Below, piece after piece: positions 17,381 through 27,037 of a stretch of DNA of 31,488 nucleotides. A program made the translations under genes and the position numbers. The DNA lies in the IMG/VR virus record IMGVR_UViG_3300037424_000332, positions 1 to 31,488 of that record. One strand, 5' to 3'. Position 1 is the first letter of the stretch. The number at the start of each line of letters is the position of its first letter. The stretch comes from a virus. Lineage: Duplodnaviria > Caudoviricetes. The notes beneath the pieces were generated by a model that did no database searches, was not told the origin of the DNA, and saw only the letters and a program-made list of their open reading frames with translations.

Positions 17381-19417
17381 TTAGATTGTAGCACGAACTT
17401 TTATTTTATTTACACTATCTGTCCGGACATTTATATCCTCAACGGTTACTATCGGGGCTGGCATCTTCGCTAATGCCCTTGCAATATCATCAGCCGTTAA
17501 TAGATTCTGATTTGGTATTGCGTTTAGTTGTGACTGACTTAGTTGCGGTTGTGTCAGGATTGATGACCCTGCCGATTGTGCGAATGTCCTCTGCGCCGGG
17601 GCTGATGCGGAAATAGCAGTCGGAGTCGAACCGCCTCCACTACCGCCAGGAACCTTTACGGCAATTATCCTTTTTACATTCGCTAGTCCTGCTGCCACCG
17701 CTGCCGCTGCCGCTGCCGCACCAAGTATCGGGCCTACTCCCGGAACGCCTGCAAGAGCTTTATAAGCTGCTGTTGCTGCTGCATACGTGTTAATTGTCGT
17801 TTCTGCTATTGCAGCCGCCTTTCCGATTGCTGTATTCTCTCCAAAGATAGTAGCTAAGTTACCTGCAAAGTTTGCACCCAGAGCTAATTTTTCCTCACTT
17901 GTTAGTTTCGCAATCTCTAGTTCTACTGCTGCATATTTTTCCTGAATACCAGCAACAGCCATACCCGTCTCTTCTGCAACCCTGATTTCTTCATTCTTTT
18001 TTACATTTAATAAACTGCGTAAATATTCAACGTCCGCCGTTGTTTTGTCTTTTAATATCTGCAAGTCCGCCGCTGCTTTCTCTTTGGCTGCATCCTCATC
18101 ATTAGTACCGCCCTTAGAAGTAGAGGTTTTTGCTAATCTATTTATTTTTATCTGATCGCTGTAATACTCTTTAGTAATAGTATTTCTTTCTTTTAGTAAT
18201 CCATTTAGTTTATCTTCTACAACTTCCTGTGTAGCTGTCATGGTAGATATTGCTATAAGGTTATCAATTTCCTTATTGACTGATATAATTTTTTCAGATG
18301 CCAATTTATTCGCAATTTCATCAGCGGCAATAGCAGCGTTTTTTATCTCTAATGCAGTCGCTCCCTGCTTTCCTGCTATTGCACGTTGCTCTGTTAACTT
18401 AGCTTCTAACCCTTCCCATTCAGTCTCTTTTGCAAGCTTCTCGTCAGATATAGCCTCTGATTCTTGGAGGAGTTTATTATATTCTAATGTCCATTTCACT
18501 TTATCCTTATAGCCTTTAAGACTTTCTAATAAGGCATTATTGTCTTTAATCATTAATATAGATGACTTCTTCTGTTCTTCATAATATGCTCTTTGTTCAT
18601 CTGTTAAGCCGCCAAAAGCTAAATATCTTTCCGCTTCAGCCCTATTAGCCGCTCCAGTGTTAACACCACCTAAAGCTCGTTTTATTGCATCTTTACGAGC
18701 TTCTTCTGCATCTTTAGAATATCCCGCAAATCCGTATTTTAATTTATCAGCTGACTTAAGAAATAAATCCATATTCTCTTTTGCATCCTTCCATACTTTT
18801 GCAATCACAGCAATGGCAGCAGTCACTAATCCCATAACTCCACCACCCTTAACTAATGACATAAGTCCATCAGATAACTGATTAACACCTTCTGTTACTT
18901 TTCCAAATGTACCGCCGGCGACACTGCCAATCTGACTAAATGCAGAGCTCACAGCCTCTCCGTAATTTCCTACATTTAAACGGTTATCATGTATCCCTTT
19001 ACCAAAAGCATCAAGCCCTTTTTTAGCTTCATCAACCCCTTTTGAAAGTTTAATATATTTATCAGTCAAAGTATAAGTGCCATCGGCATTTTTTACCATC
19101 ATACCACCTTCCAATTTTAAGGCAGTTTGCATTAACTGATGCTGCCGTAAAAGTTGTTCGTATGATCCTGACTTAGCTTTATTCGCTTTCGTTGCTAAAT
19201 CAACTAATTTTGTAGCATCACTGACCGCTTTTTTTGAATCCCGATATGCTTTGTTGGTTAATTCAATCTCCTCACGGGATTTAAATTGACCCTTTTTAAG
19301 TTCATCAACTGCTAATTTTGCATCTTCATTGGCTTTTTTGGCCTCTATTAACAGGTCAATATACTCTTTGAGATTGCTCTCAATATCTATTATATACTTC
19401 TTTGTCTCGTCTGCCAT
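17381..19417 (-). CDS. Tail tape measure protein
   Basis: 678 aa, helical and Ala/Lys/Glu-rich. Motifs GSYEQL and RLNVGNY, and a C-terminal GKAAAIAETTINTY..GPILGAAAAAAAVAAGLANVKRI. Confidence 0.85.
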   Translation of the reverse strand: MADETKKYIIDIESNLKEYIDLLIEAKKANEDAKLAVDELKKGQFKSREEIELTNKAYRDSKKAVSDATKLVDLATKANKAKSGSYEQLLRQHQLMQTALKLEGGMMVKNADGTYTLTDKYIKLSKGVDEAKKGLDAFGKGIHDNRLNVGNYGEAVSSAFSQIGSVAGGTFGKVTEGVNQLSDGLMSLVKGGGVMGLVTAAIAVIAKVWKDAKENMDLFLKSADKLKYGFAGYSKDAEEARKDAIKRALGGVNTGAANRAEAERYLAFGGLTDEQRAYYEEQKKSSILMIKDNNALLESLKGYKDKVKWTLEYNKLLQESEAISDEKLAKETEWEGLEAKLTEQRAIAGKQGATALEIKNAAIAADEIANKLASEKIISVNKEIDNLIAISTMTATQEVVEDKLNGLLKERNTITKEYYSDQIKINRLAKTSTSKGGTNDEDAAKEKAAADLQILKDKTTADVEYLRSLLNVKKNEEIRVAEETGMAVAGIQEKYAAVELEIAKLTSEEKLALGANFAGNLATIFGENTAIGKAAAIAETTINTYAAATAAYKALAGVPGVGPILGAAAAAAAVAAGLANVKRIIAVKVPGGSGGGSTPTAISASAPAQRTFAQSAGSSILTQPQLSQSQLNAIPNQNLLTADDIARALAKMPAPIVTVEDINVRTDSVNKIKVRATI

Positions 19418-19422
19418 GATTT

Positions 19423-19701
19423 CTAATTATAAACTACCAATGTACCTACTGTTACCCATTCTGTCCCAGTCCATCGCTTTAACTTACTTTCAGGAGCAAT
19501 GATAGCAACACCCGGAAGTATTCTTGTTACAACAATATCAGTTTCATCAGCACCAGCTTGTGCCTGTCCTTCCGTAGCCCAAAGAATTATTGTTGTCTCT
19601 TGTGCTATCGCTGGAAATGCTAATGAATAATCAGGGGCGATGTATAACACAACATCTGCCGGAGTAACTTCCCCCGCTCTGATAATTGTGTCGGCTATCA
19701 T
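19423..19701 (-). CDS. Hypothetical tail-region protein
   Basis: 92 aa with LKRWTGTEWV C-terminal motif. ATGA-coupled, and the only called gene here that ends in TAG. Confidence 0.6.
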   Translation of the reverse strand: MIADTIIRAGEVTPADVVLYIAPDYSLAFPAIAQETTIILWATEGQAQAGADETDIVVTRILPGVAIIAPESKLKRWTGTEWVTVGTLVVYN

Positions 19702-20186
19702 GCTCCTGTAAGTATTGCAGAAATACCCTGTAATGGCGGTGCAACCTGTAATACAATTACTCGGTATTGCGTAACAGTATCGGCAACCTCAAAAGCGTAA
19801 ATGCCTATGTCGTTGGTCATTGTTTCGGCAATTTTAACCTCATCGGATAGCCTTTGCAGTATTGCCCTGCATCCAGCCTTTGGTAATCCTCCAGCATCTT
19901 TGGCTACTCCCATGATCTTATACGGAAGAGAACCACCACCATCCTCTACATAGACCTTTTGATACCATCGTTTGCCTATCATAAAAGATAAGCCAGTTAA
20001 TGGATCACCAAAATCGAATATTTCAGAATCATTCTCAATTGGATTATCCATGACATAAGGATGGAGTAAGATCAAATCAGTGCTTACCTCATCCTCCCAT
20101 ATAGCAACTAAGTCTTTATTTGCTTTCTGACAAGACCAACTATTTGTCGCTGCTTGAGCGAACATCGGAAGGTTATGACCAGCCAT
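19698..20186 (-). CDS. Hypothetical protein with C-terminal prealbumin/carboxypeptidase-regulatory-like domain
   Basis: IMGVAKDAGGLPKAGCRAIL...TNDIGIYAF. Start MAGHNL at 20186 is preceded by TAAGGAGGT. Confidence 0.65.
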   Translation of the reverse strand: MAGHNLPMFAQAATNSWSCQKANKDLVAIWEDEVSTDLILLHPYVMDNPIENDSEIFDFGDPLTGLSFMIGKRWYQKVYVEDGGGSLPYKIMGVAKDAGGLPKAGCRAILQRLSDEVKIAETMTNDIGIYAFEVADTVTQYRVIVLQVAPPLQGISAILTGA

Positions 20187-20196
20187 CTTTACCTCC

Positions 20197-20625
20197 TTAT
20201 TCCTCGCACACAACATCAATATCTGTCACCCCATTAGTCCCGAGATTCCAGATGACGAGTGACTTGTTTGCAGCAAGAACCCTGCCTCTTGGGAATGTGA
20301 TAACTCTTCCTGCTCCGATTGTTGCAGGTAAGTTCACTCTCCTGTGGAAGAATAACGGAATTGTTGGAGGAGTACTCCACGCAAGAGCCGTCTGGCTTTG
20401 TCCTACCCCTTCGGCAGTATCTTCCGGGATTACTGTTACCGGAGTGGTTGGTGTCCCCCCTTGCGCCTGAGCTTCACCAATACCAAACAGACTTGCCGTA
20501 GCAGCAGCCATTGTTATGGTGATTTCGAGAATCTTTGTCCTTTTTGCGGAAGGAGACCGGAACTCTAATGTAGCCACACCTGACGTGACGTTAGTGGTTC
20601 TGTTTGAAATTGAATAAATTGCCAT
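20197..20625 (-). CDS. Hypothetical beta-rich structural protein
   Basis: 142 aa Thr/Ala/Gly-rich ORF in the tail module. Confidence 0.65.
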   Translation of the reverse strand: MAIYSISNRTTNVTSGVATLEFRSPSAKRTKILEITITMAAATASLFGIGEAQAQGGTPTTPVTVIPEDTAEGVGQSQTALAWSTPPTIPLFFHRRVNLPATIGAGRVITFPRGRVLAANKSLVIWNLGTNGVTDIDVVCEE

Positions 20626-20650
20626 TTTACTTTTGTTTTAGTGAATATTA

Positions 20651-20980
20651 TTAATTTGTGTCAATCCATAAATCCCCCGCTGCCGGATTTTCCGGTTCAA
20701 TTGCGCTAACTGTTATCTTTGGCATACCTGCCAATTTTGTAATCTCAGTATCCGTAACAAGCGAACTGCCAGTCACTTTATCTACCTTGCCAGACAAGTC
20801 GATATTTTCCAAGACATCAGCAGTTATTGCATCAAGTTGCTCCTGTGTTAATTCGCCACCAGTAACATTAGCCAGTCGTTCAATTTCTGTATCAGCGATC
20901 AATGATTTGCCCTCTACCTTTTGAACTAATTTTATTAATTCAAAATCTGGAATAATCCCCATTATTGTTACTTCTGGCAT
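20651..20980 (-). CDS. Short fibre-like protein
   Basis: Two KVxKVxGxSLxxDxEIxxLA repeats and C-terminal SAIEPENPAAGDLWIDT, motifs common in phage fibre proteins. Confidence 0.65.
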   Translation of the reverse strand: MPEVTIMGIIPDFELIKLVQKVEGKSLIADTEIERLANVTGGELTQEQLDAITADVLENIDLSGKVDKVTGSSLVTDTEITKLAGMPKITVSAIEPENPAAGDLWIDTN

Positions 20981-20982
20981 GA

Positions 20983-23307
20983 TTAAAGTTTTATAAGTTC
21001 AATAATACACAATTTTCCCGGTACATAGTTATTAATCTTATTAACATAAAAATAAGCCTTATATTGACTTAGATAAATAGGTATGTAATGTTTTAGACTT
21101 GCAACCTCATAAACTGGCAAGTTAAATTTTGCCCTGCGAAGATTAGTCTTCGACAGCATCCGTGATAAGCCTGCATAATTAGTGACGAGACTGGTAAAAG
21201 CAATATTCGCCGAAGTAGCGATCTTACAATTAGCCACGTCTGAATGTCCCCCAATACCATCATATATCTTAAATGTTATCCCTGTGGCCTCCTTAACATA
21301 AACTACCCTCGGATCAATCGATTTACGGCTTTTATAAATGACAGATGGAGCAGCGGCAGCCGATGCCTCTGCATCATATTCATTAAAACCAATCCGGGAA
21401 ATAGTAATCGGGTTAGTAGTCGGTGCAATTATCTCGTCACATGTAGATATATTAAGTTCAAGCATGTCCTTTTCTTTTGGCCTTGTCTCATCATTCAGTT
21501 GCATAATACCTGTACCATTACCCTTGATAACATCTTCTGATTCTTTATATTTGAGATAATTGATTTGCGCATAGTCGCCATACTTAAATTCAATTTCATC
21601 TTCTCGTTCAGACAGGTAGGCACTCCAATCCCTTGCGATAGGTATATTATTATACAGATCATTATAGCTCCAGAAATATATCTCTTTATCCCTTGCAGTG
21701 ACATCGGGTATTAATCCAAACATATTACAGATCATCTTTATAAATTCAACCTGTGTCATATCCGGTAAATTAATTTCAGGAGTTACCACATTACCATAAA
21801 CGGTTGCTACTGATGGGATAATTTCAATAATCGCATTATAATAATAACGTACTGCCACAGGCGACCCAATAAATACCTGTAAGCCATCTCCAGCAGTAGC
21901 AGTATATTCAACCTCATAGTGATTCATATAAAAAAACAGTGACAAATATTCAAAACTAGAAGATATTAAAGTGAATGTTGCTACTAAACCTGCAATACTA
22001 TCATAGAGATATAAAGGTAATGTTCCCGGAGCAGGACTGATTAGACTGACCCAAACTTCTATTTTATATTTTGCTGTAAATGGTGCTATGTAGGTTCCTG
22101 CTAAGTAGGTTGCATCCCCGACTATAAGATTATTTCCGGATAGCATTGTAGTCACGTAATAATTTTCATATCCTCGCCATGATAAAGAATATAATTTAGT
22201 GTTAAATGATGCATGCGGCGGTTCCAGGTTTGCTATTGGCATAAATAATTTCAGGAATGTATCATCGGTCAATATAGCACCCGACACATAATATTTAAGA
22301 CCTGTCTTTGGATTATCAAATATCTCATCCCAGATAGCCTTAACCTTAATAAACGGCCAAATCAATCCTCCATACATACTAACTGTATTACCGACAACCA
22401 GTGGGGCAACTAACCCGGCATCATCCGATGGCTCACAGAGAGGGTAAAGATAATCGCCCCCGGCATGGCTGGCTGCCTGCGTCACCCTGTTCCACGTGTG
22501 AACAGTTGAAGCAAGTGACAAATCAACTAATTTAAGCTCTTCAATCTCCTTAAAAAAGTTAAGATTACCGGAATATATTGATACGTGATAATACTGATCG
22601 TCCACATTGTCGAGCATCATTATCCCGCCGGTTATCATCTCAATTCCGTTCTGTACTAATCGGCAGGATTGCTTTTCATACGGGAAGTTAGTACTCGCCC
22701 CGACCTCCCCGGATAACTCAAACAGCCCTTGCATGGCTCTTGTCTTTCGTATTCTGAACTGTGCCGTATAGTCCGATTGTCTATCCTGCATCTCTGCAAT
22801 ATCATTGACCTGCTTATTAATCGGCACTACTTCGTCGTCATCCAAATCGCAGAGCGTGTCACCAAGATACAACTTGATTGACTTCTGATAGACTGCCGGG
22901 GTGTTTGGTAGCTCTTTGCGTGTAATCTCAAAATTCAGAATATAAGACTGCGTATCGGTATTTTTTATCAGGTGATCGCCTCTGGTAATATCTACCTCCC
23001 GCCATACGAGGTCTTCGTATTGTTCTACTTTTTCTGCCAGTAGTAACCCGGTGAATCCGAGAATATTTGCCGGGGTGATCCCTTCCAAAGTTACCTGATA
23101 TGAATAGTCTGCTTTTATCTTAGTGGCGTGTTCAACTTTTGAGATCCGTGAGAATAGTCTTGTCACATGAGTGTCAAGGCTCTCGGTCTGCATCTGCACA
23201 TCATAACCGTTGCTAAAGAGAAAGTAATGCCAGCCATTGAACCACCAACGTAGGTAGATTCCTGCGGTACAGTTAGAAACAGCTAATGTTATCTCACCTA
23301 TCTTCAT
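20983..23307 (-). CDS. Minor tail/tail-tip protein
   Basis: 774 aa. LCDLD..INKQVNDIAEMQDRQSDYT, LPDMTQVEFIKMICNMFGL, DWSAYL and IYLSQYKAYFYVNKINNY..ELIKL resemble Bacteroidota siphophage tail proteins. N-terminal YLRW domain. Confidence 0.75.
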   Translation of the reverse strand: MKIGEITLAVSNCTAGIYLRWWFNGWHYFLFSNGYDVQMQTESLDTHVTRLFSRISKVEHATKIKADYSYQVTLEGITPANILGFTGLLLAEKVEQYEDLVWREVDITRGDHLIKNTDTQSYILNFEITRKELPNTPAVYQKSIKLYLGDTLCDLDDDEVVPINKQVNDIAEMQDRQSDYTAQFRIRKTRAMQGLFELSGEVGASTNFPYEKQSCRLVQNGIEMITGGIMMLDNVDDQYYHVSIYSGNLNFFKEIEELKLVDLSLASTVHTWNRVTQAASHAGGDYLYPLCEPSDDAGLVAPLVVGNTVSMYGGLIWPFIKVKAIWDEIFDNPKTGLKYYVSGAILTDDTFLKLFMPIANLEPPHASFNTKLYSLSWRGYENYYVTTMLSGNNLIVGDATYLAGTYIAPFTAKYKIEVWVSLISPAPGTLPLYLYDSIAGLVATFTLISSSFEYLSLFFYMNHYEVEYTATAGDGLQVFIGSPVAVRYYYNAIIEIIPSVATVYGNVVTPEINLPDMTQVEFIKMICNMFGLIPDVTARDKEIYFWSYNDLYNNIPIARDWSAYLSEREDEIEFKYGDYAQINYLKYKESEDVIKGNGTGIMQLNDETRPKEKDMLELNISTCDEIIAPTTNPITISRIGFNEYDAEASAAAAPSVIYKSRKSIDPRVVYVKEATGITFKIYDGIGGHSDVANCKIATSANIAFTSLVTNYAGLSRMLSKTNLRRAKFNLPVYEVASLKHYIPIYLSQYKAYFYVNKINNYVPGKLCIIELIKL

Positions 23308-23578
23308 CTAAATAAGTATAAATTAGGTTGTAAAACATTGAGGCAAATATCCCGGCAGAAACAAAAAACAGAAGTTCAATAATATCAAAAGGCTTAGTAA
23401 ATAGAAAATACCACAGCATCACTTGGCCGGTAAAACATTTATAGCATCCCCCTAATGGTTTACATAACCAGTCCGGCAGCTTGCATATCTGTTTCTGATA
23501 CCATTCAAATATCATCCCTTCTTCACCGAGGGCGCAAAACATATAAGTGATTAAGGATATTTTGAGTATGTCTATCAT
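23294..23578 (-). CDS. Small membrane protein with a CxxC motif
   Basis: Hydrophobic 94 aa with KPLGGCYKCFTGQV. Confidence 0.65.
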   Translation of the reverse strand: MIDILKISLITYMFCALGEEGMIFEWYQKQICKLPDWLCKPLGGCYKCFTGQVMLWYFLFTKPFDIIELLFFVSAGIFASMFYNLIYTYLDEDR

Positions 23579-25401
23579 GGATAAGTTATTACCAAATCAT
23601 CACAGAGCTTCGCTGCACTTGTAGTATGTCCTACCTGCCCGATTATTGCAGTTGTGTTCGCCTGCCCTGTGCCTATCGCTGTGCCGGTAGTACCTATTGC
23701 CACATTATTAATATTACTCCAAACCGAATTTGCACAATCTACTGGTGCTGCTTCTAAATAATCATCGCCATTTATGTAGAATATCAAACCTCCCGCCGGG
23801 CCAATACCTCTTAAAGAATAAACTGTTGTAGTCGTAAATGCACGGCAAGCACGTACGTATTGACTTAAAGATTTAGCATAAGGGCCAAAGAAACCAGCAG
23901 GGAAATTAATACCATCTGCCTGCGTATCAGGACTACCAAAATAAGAATCTTCTGTTGAACTTTTATATACTGCTCCAGTAAAACCACCAACACCAAATAG
24001 ATATAATTCATCATACATAGCCCTTAATTCATCCTTTGAAGGAAGGAACCAGTCATCAAAAATATGTTGAACGGGCGGTGCAGAAACGTTTTTCAAAAGT
24101 CTGACTGAATGATACATACTCTTATCTGCGGATAACATCTCGGCATTTGTCCAATGTGATCCTAGCCGTACATAATATGCTTCACTACCAATACAGAATG
24201 ATTCATAGTATTCACTTTCAGAACTTGTCCAGAACTTACCATAATATTTTTGATATAAGAATAGTCCCAACTGCCACCAATCCTCCGGGGCAGGAGGGGC
24301 ACAAGGATAGCCAAAATACTCACCGCCGCCAAGAGCTGTAAATCCAGTCACATTATTTGCAGCATCAAAATCCCAGTGAACCGTTCCATCTTCCTTTAGC
24401 TTTTCCCCAGCAACAGAATCGCCACCAATATAGTCTATCAATGCCTGCCATTCATCTTTTGTGGGAACATGCCACCCGGAAGGGCAGAAGCCGGAAGCGA
24501 TAACCTGATTATATGTATAAAGTCCTCCATAGATTGCACGATTTGCCTCATTATCATAAACCTTTGATCCCGGATAACTCGAAGCGTAGTTTTTACACAT
24601 CCAAATCTGCGTACCGATAACCACTTCACAGGTGGTTAATGGGTTGCCTGTAAGATCAAGGATAACAAGCGGAACCGTATCAGGTATCTCCGGGCTGTCT
24701 GTAATCTCATTATTAGGTAGTATCAACTCTTCCAGGTTAATAGCTGTCGGAGGGATAGTTATTTCAGTTATGTGCTGCCCGTCAGCTTCAAGTGTAATGA
24801 TATTCTCTTCGCCTTCAATTACTATCTCATGCTCCCCGGTAGTGCCTGTATAGTCATGCGTGATAACATCGTCACCCCCTGTCAGAACGATTGTCTCCGG
24901 CGGAGTACCGTCACCCCAGTCGATAATAATAGTTGATCCTGGTATCCCGGATATTGTCATCGTGAACACCCCGACGTTATGATGCGTGATAACTATTGCA
25001 TGTTGATTAACTGTTGTGGTAGGTACTTCAGCAACAGGGCTGTAATACCCCTCACGGCTGCCGAGCATAGCCACAAACTCAAACTCATAACCATTGATGT
25101 AATTATTTTTAACGGTTACTGATCCCGGCTCAATACGGACATTCATCCATCCATCAGCAGTGAGCATATGTATCTCTCTACTATTCCTGATTGTCCTTAA
25201 TGCGTTTATTTGTTCATAAGTAACCTGACCCGATCCCATTGATATTTTCCGGGAGCCTATTGTATCATAATTTTCTCCTTCGGTATTCATTACTATCTCA
25301 CCGGGAAGGAAAAACCAATAGTGCCAGCCATTATAATACCAACGAAGATAGTAACCCTGACATGGTCGTTTGATAGGTATATTTACTTCACCTATCTTCA
25401 T
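23575..25401 (-). CDS. Mosaic tail protein: YLRW domain, PKD-like, LRR-like, Fib_succ_major-like and permuted DUF1566-like lectin domains
   Basis: IDWGDG..THDY; LEELILPNNEI/LDLTGNPL; IGTQIWMCKN, YGGLYT, CPSGWHVPTKDEW, GFTALGGG, FWTSS and SVRLLK; DWFLPSKDEL, SSTE and VRACRAF, followed by GPAGGLIFY, YLEAAP, GTGQANT and AAKLC. Confidence 0.8.
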   Translation of the reverse strand: MKIGEVNIPIKRPCQGYYLRWYYNGWHYWFFLPGEIVMNTEGENYDTIGSRKISMGSGQVTYEQINALRTIRNSREIHMLTADGWMNVRIEPGSVTVKNNYINGYEFEFVAMLGSREGYYSPVAEVPTTTVNQHAIVITHHNVGVFTMTISGIPGSTIIIDWGDGTPPETIVLTGGDDVITHDYTGTTGEHEIVIEGEENIITLEADGQHITEITIPPTAINLEELILPNNEITDSPEIPDTVPLVILDLTGNPLTTCEVVIGTQIWMCKNYASSYPGSKVYDNEANRAIYGGLYTYNQVIASGFCPSGWHVPTKDEWQALIDYIGGDSVAGEKLKEDGTVHWDFDAANNVTGFTALGGGEYFGYPCAPPAPEDWWQLGLFLYQKYYGKFWTSSESEYYESFCIGSEAYYVRLGSHWTNAEMLSADKSMYHSVRLLKNVSAPPVQHIFDDWFLPSKDELRAMYDELYLFGVGGFTGAVYKSSTEDSYFGSPDTQADGINFPAGFFGPYAKSLSQYVRACRAFTTTTVYSLRGIGPAGGLIFYINGDDYLEAAPVDCANSVWSNINNVAIGTTGTAIGTGQANTTAIIGQVGHTTSAAKLCDDLVITYP

Positions 25402-26405
25402 GGTATAGCTACTTCAATAGTAAGATGATCGGCAGTATCAGGAATGGAAGCCGGGTCTATTTTAAGCGAGTTGATGAATCCTTCCAGCGCATCAGCAGGG
25501 ACATACGTTATAATATCGACACCGAGCTGTGTATTAGCAATGTTGTATATCTTCATAGTGACAATAAGTTCCGTTACGGGGGATACTTCCGAGAGTTCTG
25601 GCAGGATAAATGAGAGATCAAAAGGTAATCCAAGAAATAGTATCGGCCTGTCAAATGAATTTAGGAACGGTGCATCCCTCATAGCATTAACGACATACTC
25701 ATAAAGGTTCGACCCCTGCTCTTCGCTCCTGACACACTCGCCATAGTACCAAAGTATCTCATCCGAGGGTGGAGATACACTCCCGCCTTCAGGTATCCAC
25801 GACTCGGAACTACCGTACCAGCAACCCCGATATTCAAATGAGAACTTACCGCTCTTGGTAGTCTCCTTCATTATGATTGCTGAATAGTCGCCTATCTTAC
25901 CAAGTGCAGTATGTATCCTCAGCACCCCGGAGACATCCAAATCGGCAAACCCAAACGAATCCGGTGAAGCGATAATAGTAAATGATTCCAGAATACCATT
26001 GACAGTAAGTCTCCCTTCGAAATAATACCCTCCAAACTCAGTATTGTCATTAAGGTAAGCATCCTGATTCAAAGGATTCAACTCAACGTCACCAGGATTA
26101 AATCCAGCGATATAATCTAAATCAGTATAAATTATCGTTGTGGTTGATCCTGCCTGTACCTCACCGACAAATATAGTATCCAGTGTCTTATTATATACCG
26201 AGATAATATTTGCCGCTGCCCCAGTGTAAGTCCCGGCAGCAACAGTTATTGCCAGCAGTCCGGCTCCGTATGAAGCAGCCGAGACAATAAGATAATCCCT
26301 TCGCTGTAATCGGAAGTTATTAGCTGATTCCGTTGCAACCCACCGACTTATGATTGTAGGATCAAGCGGCTCAGGATGTTCAGGAGTGGATATTAGTCTT
26401 ATCAT
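25398..26405 (-). CDS. Putative tail structural protein
   Basis: 335 aa acidic beta-rich ORF with PDSFGFADLDVSGVL and FLGLPFDLSFI, coupled to the next tail gene. Confidence 0.65.
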   Translation of the reverse strand: MIRLISTPEHPEPLDPTIISRWVATESANNFRLQRRDYLIVSAASYGAGLLAITVAAGTYTGAAANIISVYNKTLDTIFVGEVQAGSTTTIIYTDLDYIAGFNPGDVELNPLNQDAYLNDNTEFGGYYFEGRLTVNGILESFTIIASPDSFGFADLDVSGVLRIHTALGKIGDYSAIIMKETTKSGKFSFEYRGCWYGSSESWIPEGGSVSPPSDEILWYYGECVRSEEQGSNLYEYVVNAMRDAPFLNSFDRPILFLGLPFDLSFILPELSEVSPVTELIVTMKIYNIANTQLGVDIITYVPADALEGFINSLKIDPASIPDTADHLTIEVAIP

Positions 26406-26514
26406 TGCGTATTATTTTAATAGTCTTTAGCCTTGCTTTCAACTTAGCCAGAAATTGAGGGCTTCGCTGGCTCATTAACTTCCTTATCTCAGATTTTATA
26501 TTGTCCGGTATCAT
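26380..26514 (-). CDS. Possible 44-aa basic protein (not in ORF track)
   Basis: MIPDNIKSEIRKLMSQRSPQFLAKLKARLKTIKIIRNDKTNIHS*. ATGA overlap with the upstream stop, and it fills the intergenic gap. Confidence 0.4.
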   Translation of the reverse strand: MIPDNIKSEIRKLMSQRSPQFLAKLKARLKTIKIIRNDKTNIHS

Positions 26515-26957
26515 ATTACCTCCATTGTTATCTTACCTATTACACCCTCGAATTTCTTATTGATCTTTTCAATAGTCTGCTTCCTGACAGTCGTATAAAC
26601 ATCGACAAAAGTCTTATTCCTGAATTGCTGATTGCCATATTTGTTAATGTACCATGTCATTGACTTTGCTTCTGATAGTTTACCTTCCGGGGTTTTTGAT
26701 TTAAACATATTGCGCTTCTCCATCCATCGGTAAATCTTTTTATACAGATCAGATGATTTATTGCTTTTCCTCGGCCCTCGACCATGTTCCAAAACTCCCA
26801 GCCAGTATGGAACTAGAATACCATCATGCAAGTCATTTATCTCAACCGTAAACATCTTCATTATAGAAGGTGAAATTTTATTCCCTGAATAAGAGTTCCT
26901 GTCTCCTATCAGCTTAATCATCTCTTCGAGTTCCGGTTTTAAGTCAATGCCTATCAT
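26511..26957 (-). CDS. Putative neck/tail-completion protein
   Basis: Basic 148 aa with LEHGRGPRK and IYRWMEKR motifs, in morphogenesis context. Confidence 0.55.
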   Translation of the reverse strand: MIGIDLKPELEEMIKLIGDRNSYSGNKISPSIMKMFTVEINDLHDGILVPYWLGVLEHGRGPRKSNKSSDLYKKIYRWMEKRNMFKSKTPEGKLSEAKSMTWYINKYGNQQFRNKTFVDVYTTVRKQTIEKINKKFEGVIGKITMEVI

Positions 26958-27037
26958 AAGCAGAATATTAATATCAGCGCAATTAATACACCAATTACGA
27001 TATAAGGAATCGATTTAAGTATTGTACCTCTTTTCAT
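26954..27037 (-). CDS. 27-aa single-TM peptide (not in ORF track)
   Basis: MKRGTILKSIPYIVIGVLIALILIFCL*. The stop overlaps the next ATG (ATGA). Confidence 0.5.
   Translation of the reverse strand: MKRGTILKSIPYIVIGVLIALILIFCL

Noticed and set aside
17381-19701. Tail-chaperone programmed frameshift upstream of the tape measure
   Set aside because: No convincing slippery site or overlapping G/GT-like ORF pair was found.
23575-24630. Complete diversity-generating retroelement
   Set aside because: No reverse transcriptase, Avd or template repeat is visible in the window. Kept only as a target-fold hypothesis.
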